64,000 bases of DNA. Source: Paraspadella gotoi. Lineage: Eukaryota > Animalia > Chaetognatha. Made by a program: the position numbers and the translations under genes. Below are positions 56,050 to 64,000 of this stretch, in pieces. The stretch is taken from assembly GCA_051294375.1 (NCBI GenBank), contig CM119266.1, forward strand, positions 22,387,875 through 22,451,874, in the 5' to 3' direction. Under the pieces are notes generated by a model. That model was not told the DNA's origin. It saw only the letters and a list, made by a program, of their open reading frames with translations, and ran no database searches. How positions within the stretch are numbered: position 1 is the first letter of the stretch; each line of letters opens with the position of its first letter.

Positions 56050-56998
56050 AGAGGGAATGGAACAAATAAAAACCTAACGGCTAAAGCTTAGAAATTTGAA
56101 ATCTTTATATTTATATATAATCCCCAAAAAATCAATAAACTTTAAGGTTCAAAGGAAATCATTATTAATATTATCATTATGTAATAGTTGAGCCATATCT
56201 GATCTAGATATATGTTTTGTACGTTTTTCCTATCATTCAAATCGTTTTATCTTTTTATCGTCTTAACTGTCAAATTTTTTATTTCAGAAAAAAAAAAATT
56301 CCTATCATTAAAGGACTGAATGGCAAAAAAACAAGGAAAGCGTGAAGACCATGTAAGAGTTTTCAGTCTTTGAGGTTATAGTATCACGTAGCGTATAACT
56401 CGTAAAAGCTTTCAAATTCTTGGGCTAACATGGAAGATCTCGCAGGGTCTAAATGGTGTAGCTTATATAGCTTATATAGCTTGTAGGAGCTTCTCGGTTC
56501 TGAAAAGCGAATGCGAGAAAACAGGATTCCAATTTCTCGCCATTATAAAATCCCCGGAACATTGGAGGGTGAGGAGAGTTGAAGAGGTAAGGTTTGGGTA
56601 AGAAGAATCGAGAATTTGCTGAGGGGGGGACCAACCGCGGGAGGGGCGGGGGGGGCGAAAGGGGGAGTATCTCTGCATGTTAAGCGAGGTGCCGCGACCT
56701 GCGGACGAAGACGACGACGAAGCAAAGAAAGTCGACGACGCCGACGACGACGACGACAGCGACGGAGAAGAAGAAAAAAATATTCCTTGGAAATCCCACC
56801 AGCTGAAGCGTAAAGATTTAAACATTATTTTGAATTTTAACGACCGTCGCTTTTGTGACATGGAGAGAAAAAAAGTAGTTCGACTCGGGACAGAGTAGAA
56901 AAAAAAGTTTTCCAGTGGAAACGGGAGAGAGAGGAATAGATGAGACTGGAGAGAGCGAGGGAGATAGAGAGAGAGAGAGACGGAGAAAGAAGAGAAGA

Positions 56999-57034
<36 letters not shown>

Positions 57035-57859
57035 ATTTTAGGGAGGAGGGAGCAAAGCGAGGGGGAACGATTCAAGAATAGAGAGAGACGAGTTCACCCT
57101 ACGTTGAGAAAGAAGACCTACGAGAAAATATCGGCGGAGAGATGAGAAGAGATGAGAGAGAGAGAGGAGAAAGAGAGAGAGAGAGAGAGAGAGAGGAGAA
57201 AAGAGAGAGAGAGAGAGAGAGCGAGAAGAAGAGAAATGAGAGAGAGAAAAATAGGTAGTTAAAAATTCAAAACGAGAAGTTTTATAGGTTTTCTTCTTCC
57301 GTCGTCGGTCGGAAGACAATGTCCCCGCTCTCGATACCAATGGAGTTATAGGGTTGTGATCGTGGGATAGTGGTGGGGTTGTAAGGTGGTGGTGATGGTG
57401 GTAAAGAATGATAGATGGTAGGGAGAAATAAAGGGCGGTGGAGGGAGAGAGAGAGAGAGGGAGAGAGAGAGACCTGACTCACTACTCAGAGTTAAAAAGA
57501 CAAATTCTAAGCCAAAAAACAACTCAACGTGTTTTTCAATTTTTCGAGCGCCAAGATTATCGTCTCGTTTATAACGCAAGTAAACAATTTGTCAGAGATA
57601 CAAATTTCCTTTAGAGCATTTCTTTTTTGATTTTTTTTTCGTCTTATACCTTTATTATTTATTTTTTTATTATTTAATATTCAAGTATTCGAAACATAGT
57701 AATATATTAAATTAAAAAGTTGTTAACTGAATTTTACTGTTCAAGTACGCTGCAAGAATATCATTGTTTAAATTACGTTTGCCCTATAATAAACATTTTA
57801 CAACACTTTACCATGTTCAATATTCGGTCGTGGAAATAAAACTAGAACCACTTTTCCCA

Positions 57860-58360
57860 ACCGGCGAACTGACCCCGCCTTACTTCGACCCTATTTCGCA
57901 GGGCGAATCTTTATTCTCAACGAGTGACGAGGAAAGGAGGGCGTGTCCGTTCGGGGCCGAGAAACGAGGGCGTACACCGGAAGTGGGGCTGCGCGAAAGG
58001 GGCGTGACGTTACCGGCAGCACGAGACCACGCAAAGGGGACGTCCAAAAGTGGGCGGGGTGGAAACGGGTTCCTGAGACGGAGAGACGTCGTTGGGAGTC
58101 GCTGGCGTCGGGGTAAGGTGATGACGGGGGGGGGGTTAACGTAAGGAGAAAGCGGCGACGTTCATCGTCGTGAGATTCGAATGCGAAACAACGTTAAAAC
58201 CGCGCACTTGACCGTACGAGCGGTCGGCAGGACATCACGTTCGCGTGAATAGCGAGAACATACGTACACGGAGCGAGAAAAGGATCGACTGAAAGAGGAA
58301 GAAGCGAAGGAAGAGGAAGATGAGGAAGAAAAGGAGGAAGAGAACCAAAACGCCCCGGTA
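57860..58360. promoter_or_regulatory. CpG-rich promoter-like island, possibly bidirectional
   Basis: ETS motif CCGGAAGTG at 57977-57985, CRE-like TGACGT at 58005-58010 and GC-box GGGCGGGG at 58052-58059. It lies between divergent ATGs at 56049 (-) and 62020 (+). Confidence 0.5.
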
Positions 58361-58555
58361 AATTATAAGGGTTGATGATTAGGTAAGACTTAGGGATTAG
58401 GGTTGGGGATTAGAGTTAGGGATAAGTTTATGAGTTTAAAAATATATTTAGGTTAAAATTAAATTCTTGGAAAAGCGACCAAAAAAGGGGGAACTCTGGG
58501 AAAATAGAGCCGAAAGTTTTGTTTGGAATTTAATCGAAAGAGTCGAGACAAAAAA

Positions 58556-58559
<4 letters not shown>

Positions 58560-58643
<84 letters not shown>

Positions 58644-58652
58644 GAGAGAGCG
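58560..58652. repeat. (AG)n microsatellite, one of more than 20 long AG/CT tracts in the window
   Basis: Direct inspection. Other tracts lie at about 2876-2946, 4125-4240, 21155-21245, 23427-23555, 26568-26820, 29630-29750, 31998-32098, 49623-49710 and 56960-57245. Confidence 0.95.
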
Positions 58653-60631
58653 AGAAGGACGGGGGTCGAGTCTTGTGATAAGGAGAATGAGAGAGAGAGA
58701 GAGAGAAAGGGAAGGTGGGGATTGAAGAGAAAGGGAGGAAAGAGAAGGAAAGGGAGGAAAGAGAAGGAAAGGGAGGAAAAGGAGGAAAGAGGAAAAAAGA
58801 GCGAGGGAGCCTTTGCGATAAGAGATAAATAGGGACGGAGAATTCGTGACAAGTAAAAGAGTGAGGGCAACCATGGGGAGAAGAACGGGTTGGGTAAAGA
58901 ACGGGTGGGGCAAGGGCTGGGGTGCAGGAGCGAGGGGCGAAACGCTGGGCGTGGCCCGCGAGTTCCGGGGGGAATCGCATATCAAATCATCCTCGTTTCA
59001 CAAGTGGATGCGTCGCCGTTGTTATCTGGATTCCGGATTCGGTCGAAGAAAAAAAAAACCGTCGCCTTCTTTTTTTTTTTTTTTTTAGACACTTTCCTCC
59101 CATCTTTTTTGTTTAATTATTTTTTTTTAAATCCATTTTTCCTTTTCTTTTTTGTTACTAACAAAGCGTACGCTTTCGAACTTTTCTTGTGTTATAGGAA
59201 TTTGAAACTTATTCCATGAGCAGCTTTTTTTTATTTTTTGTCAATCTTATTTTTTTATTCTTTACCTTGAATTTATTTTTTTTTTTAAATTTTGTTTTTT
59301 CCTCTCATGTCGAAGACGACCAAACAAGTTTTCAATTTTTCCGACCTTATTATAGAAAACAGTTTAATTAAAATTAAAAGATTATTTTCACCAGTTAAAA
59401 ATGCATTCTCACTTCGTTTTTCTCTTCTTTTCTGAAAAATAGTATACAGAAAATACCGTTTAAAAAAAGGATAAAAAAAAAGAAAGAGAATCAAAGCAGA
59501 GGCCGGCTTGCTGTATATTCAGTAAGAAAGAACAAAGGAAAATCAAAAACATTTTCTAATTATAAAAGAAAAAAGATGACAATTACTACTTCTACTTCTG
59601 CCCGGTCTTCCGGGTTATCGTCGATAATCTATTTAATTTTTTTTTTCTAAATACAATTTCATAATTATTTAGACAGGAACGCGCGACATAAAAATGTGTA
59701 ACAAGAGAAAATATCCTGTTTTTCTAAAGTTTTGAAAAGAATTTGCAGCATTAAATCACACGAACACACATCGTGAGGTCTTAAATCAAAAGTTTCACCT
59801 ACTTTTTAACCCTCACTCAATTCAGCAAATATCGTCTCTCTTTTTCCTAAAACCGAAGGGAGTGATTTAAAACGCGTCAACTAAAAAGTGTGTTGATTCG
59901 TATCCCAACCCGTTTCAGTGTCTCTCTCTCTATCAGAAGAGAAATGTTGAGTCATTACTAAATGGACGAAGATTGTTTTGATTGTGGATTTTGATAAGAA
60001 CATTCAAAAATCTGTTAAAAACAACACCGTTTTATTCTCTCGAAAAAATTTCGGACGTTTAAAAATTTTAGTATGTATACCATTAGAAATAATAATTCTC
60101 AAAATTTTTGTTTACTCATTACTACACCATCTTAAATAATACTGAATTTTATAACTTAAAGTGATAAAATCCCCACATGCGTAATTTTCCCCTGTCTCTC
60201 TCTCTCTCTCTGCAGAAAATTATTATCGTTTAAGTTTTTATAACTATATTAAATAAAAACTTAAAGCGAGAAAAAACACGTTAAAAAAACATTACAAAAA
60301 CAATAAAAAACCGGCTTCTTCCGTATTATTCGAATTTCTCGGAAATGTCACAATTTCCCTTTTTTCGAGTTCGAAGGGCGAAGCCTGAGGCACGTTGCTC
60401 AATTAAGCACGAATACATCCCACGCTTTTTTATCTTAGACTGAAAAGGTCCTTTAAGTAGGAAAAAAAAAGAATAAAAATAAAACAAAAATATTTATAAT
60501 AATAAACAAAAACTAAAGCAAAAAAAAAAAAAAAGACGAAGAAAGATTTTGTTTATAAAACAATTTTCAGTCTTGCCCAACACAGATACATCGAGAACGT
60601 AACAAAGAAAATCACGCTCATCATTTAATCG

Positions 60632-60726
60632 AAGAACTGGCGAGCCGACGAACTGGCGAACAGGCTAGCCGGCCAACGGTCTAGCCGGAGAACCGGCCAA
60701 CCGTCTAGCCGGAGAACTGGCGAAGC
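60632..60726. repeat. Short GC-rich minisatellite (GAACTGGCGA and CCGGCCAAC.GTCTAGCCGGAGAA units)
   Basis: Three GAACTGGCGA units and two ~24-bp CCGGCCAAC(G/C)GTCTAGCCGGAGAA units. Confidence 0.7.
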
Positions 60727-61694
60727 GAGGAAGCGTTTCACTCGTTGTCGACTCTATTATTAATTATTTGCTTTCTTTGCTTTGACCACGGATTCATGTT
60801 TGGCCGTAAAAATAAATCCTTGTGCGTTGAAATCCTCGCTCAAACATCGATGACCTTACCACCATCACCTCCTCCTCATCCTCCTCCTTCTCCTCCTCCT
60901 CATTTTTTGATGTCTGGGTTTAAACCGTCACTTTTCTCAGTTCTTGTACTTTTTTATTTTCACTTGTTGCTTCGATTCGATCCTCGTTTCTTTTTTTTTC
61001 TTTTTTTTTAAATTTTATTTGACCTCCGTTTTTATTATTTTTCTTTGGGAATTTTATTTCCAGCTTCGATGCACAGTTTTTTGAAAATGAAGGAAGTCCC
61101 AACGGATTCGAACCATACTCAAGTCGCCCGTCAACGAAGAAGACTGCGTTCGTCCAGAGGAATTGGAGAGGGTAGGAGGTGGAGGAAGCCGTTGGCGTCA
61201 ATTATAAAAAGGAAAGGAGGTGGAGATTGACGCATCGGCTACGAGGTGACGCAGCCGTCGGTCACCGGTGACGGCGAACTTTTAAGTTTCCTCGGCGCCG
61301 AAAATTCAGCGAACCTCAAGAGGAAATTCGAAAAATGGAAAAGAAAAAAAAAAAAAACCCACAAAAATCAAACCGCGGAAGCTACGATCACCTGACGTGG
61401 GAAAAATTACAAATGAAATCGAGGTGAAAAATCAAATTGGTTGTAAATACGTTTTCTCGGCCTCATTATTACGGACTAAAACTTTTATCCCGATCGGTTT
61501 TTAATGTTCTAGATAGCATTCCTTTTTGCTTTTTATCGACATTTATTACAAATTTACTTTGCAAAGAGATTTTTGAAGTTTATTTACTCTTGCGTGTATA
61601 ATTTAAATGTATAGAATTGTTTTAATTTGATTTAGTTTTTGTCACGCTAATTCTTTAAATTACTTTGTCTCAATATTACCATATTAATAGTAAT

Positions 61695-61927
61695 GAAGAG
61701 ACAGCAATTATTGATAAGTGTTAATGACAGAACCGTTCAATATAAGCAGTCCCTGAGCTTCGGATCAGGCTGTAACACCATGTTACAGGCGGGTTAAGCG
61801 CCCCGTCCCTCTTAACTGCCAGACGACCACCGGGCTAGAACCCCGGACCTTTGGGTTGGGAGGCGAATGACTTGCCTCCGGCACCAATGGCCACTGATGA
61901 ACGGTTGGTGGATTTTAGTCCACCATA
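61695..61927 (-). mobile_element. tRNA-like SINE family copy
   Basis: The minus strand reads a hairpin TGGTGGA-CTAAAA-TCCACCA, then a tRNA-like head with B-box-like GGTTCTAGCCC, then a body shared with 45683-45880, 46139-46250 and 44980-45035. Confidence 0.6.
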
Positions 61928-62019
61928 GTAATTAAGAAAAAATGGTTATACTTCATAATAAAAAATAATATTTTCAGGAATAAACCACAAATGAAATTAA
62001 AAAACCCTAATCAAAGAAG

Positions 62020-64000
62020 ATGAAACGCCTCGCCAGAGTCGCCCTGATTATTGCCTCGTTCAACTTCGTCGCATCCCTGCTCCCGTCATCCGCAAATTCG
62101 GACTTCTCAAAGACCGGAACCAATCTGTCCGCAGCCGCACAGATCTCTTCGAACGGCTCCTCGGTGCCCGATCTCCCAATTACTTTTCTCCACGCCTCCA
62201 AATGCGTCGCCGTCACCGTCAAAGAAGTCATCTACGAAGAGAACGGTTACGTGACGATTCCGTGGTCGCGATATCTCGTTCCCCAGTGGACGCGGGCTTG
62301 GCTGGCACTGGGTGACCAGCATTTTCTTTTCGACGGGCAAGTCGTGAGAGACGAACACATCGCTCTTTTGGTGGAATTCGTCGATGAATTTCGGAGAGAA
62401 TTGAAGGAAATGTTGAAGGTTATCGGATATCGTTTCGCCGAACAGGTGAGTTAAAATTTTTAACATTGCAAAAGAATGAAATACATACTAACTACAGGCA
62501 CGCGAAGGTTTTTGGCACCTTTGATTATATATTTCGATTTTATATAATTCGATTTTCGGGCTGAACTAATGAGGATTGTGATTTTTTTATGTTTTGAGGT
62601 TGCTAATCACGATTTAGTGTAAAATCATTTATTTTGTTATAATTAAACCGTTATCTTCCTAGAATTGCACTCGCGACCATTGGAGTCAAAAAATGAACGC
62701 CGACTTTGTACTCTTCGACAACGAGGACGAACCCCAAACGACCCAGGTCCTCACCTCCTTCGATTTGAACTACGGCTGCCACTTTGACGCGTCGCTCGCG
62801 ATCGACGAGTCCCATTTGCTGCTCAATAAATCTCTGGTGAATTCTTTCCTGCGGCACGTGGCTCCCGCTTACGTGGGTTCCGGAGGGCCAGACCCCGCCA
62901 TCCGTGACGCGTCCGCCATGGTTACCAAGTTGCCAAAGATTCTATACGCCGATGAGATAGCCAAATGGATCTCCGATGATGAGGACGGTTATGAAAGTAC
63001 GTTTTTATATGCATTGATCGAATTTACTACAAATTTCTTATTACCCACGTCTTTTTGACAACTTCGCTTAACTTTATTTTAATTTAATTTAATTTTATTT
63101 TATTATAAACTCATTAAAAAATTTATTCAAATTTAGCTGAAACCTTCGATGACCTATTTCTTTCGCGTTTTGAAGAAGACGAATTCATTGAACAAATTAT
63201 CGACTACCACGAGCTCTCCCGATTTTTGAAAGAGCGCTTTGATAGGATAACCAAGCTACTAAACAATATTGGAAGCGCCGCTTTGAACCACGCCTTAGTC
63301 TATTATCAGCCAGAGAAGACCTTGAGCAACTCTAAGCAACTCAGGTAACGTTGTACACAAAAAAAAATCGTATATAGTACTACTTATATACTATCGCTGT
63401 AAAATAAAAAAATCGAATCAAATTTCAGGTCATTAATTCCATGGTCGAGCGACGATCCTCTAGGCGATCATCTCATCTTCGCCGCCAACTATCCTCGCAA
63501 CGTCTTCGCCGACAAAGACTCGTTTCTCGACGGCTTTCTCGACGACATAAATGTCCATCCCGTAGAGATCGACGGCGAAACGACAAAGGCGCGCCTCCTC
63601 GTGACGACGCCGAACCTCTTGTCGCCACCCGCGGGCCTTTTGTTGGAGATAACGTCTCTCGACAACGTTCACTTTCTTCGTGACGGTCATTACGTAAAGA
63701 TGAGTGACTCGACATCCGCTCCGACGCGAACGATGATCGACCTTCGTGACGTCAAAGATTTCAGCCTCGATCGGTTAAACGACTCCGAGTATCTGGCCAG
63801 ATTGGCGCGCAACAACGCGACGCGCGTGAGGTTGGATCCACGCCGGTATTGTCGTTACCGGTATTTGCCCGGCGAGCAGCGGAGGAAGCTTTTTTGCAAC
63901 TTTGCCCTGGAGGAGGAAAGACATCAAAGTTTTCGTAATTCAACCCAAGGCAAATATATTTATGCTCAGCTACGGTGCGCGGCGACCATTTTGGAGACCA
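62020..64000 (+). CDS. Signal-peptide glycoprotein, >513 aa, 3' incomplete. Exons 62020-62445, 62663-62996, 63137-63344, 63429->64000. Possible Env/F-like fold
   Basis: Canonical GT-AG introns (gtgagt, gtacgt, gtaacg donors; cctag, tttag, ttcag acceptors) with matching phases 0, 1 and 2 give one uninterrupted frame. Hydrophobic N-terminus MKRLARVALIIASFNFVASLLPSSA and N-glycosylation sequons NLS, NGS, NCT, NKS, NDS, NAT, NST. Confidence 0.85.

Noticed and set aside
61893-61950. CTGATGA as a hammerhead ribozyme core
   Set aside because: There is no correctly placed stem II plus GAAA and stem III. The other copy has CTGATAA.

Overview
Animal (bilaterian-type) genomic DNA with GC-rich exons, AT-rich introns and intergenic DNA, and many (AG)n microsatellites. 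The assembly is a noisy gap-filled draft: seven gaps are exactly 25 N long, and several kb-scale segments are duplicated with indel-type errors. Genes found: (1) a two-exon TLC-domain membrane protein gene (TLCD4/TMEM56-like), present twice, once at the left edge (-) and once as an inverted, error-ridden second copy (+) with an extra hAT-type MITE in its intron; (2) the large, frameshift-ridden last exon of a homeobox gene starting VKVWFQN-RMK-KR, best matching Hox2/proboscipedia and convergent with TLCD4; (3) a probable two-exon orphan gene at 55.4-56.0 kb (-); (4) an intact gene of at least four coding exons from 62,020 (+) for a signal-peptide glycoprotein whose motif layout recalls gypsy-Env/baculovirus F proteins, a candidate domesticated envelope gene. 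Repeats include Helentron/DINE-like elements with ~155-bp internal tandem units, a hairpin-capped tRNA-like SINE family and AT-rich MITE fragments. About 13-55 kb has no recognisable gene but many GC-rich non-coding islands. All family assignments were made by eye and need HMM/BLAST confirmation.
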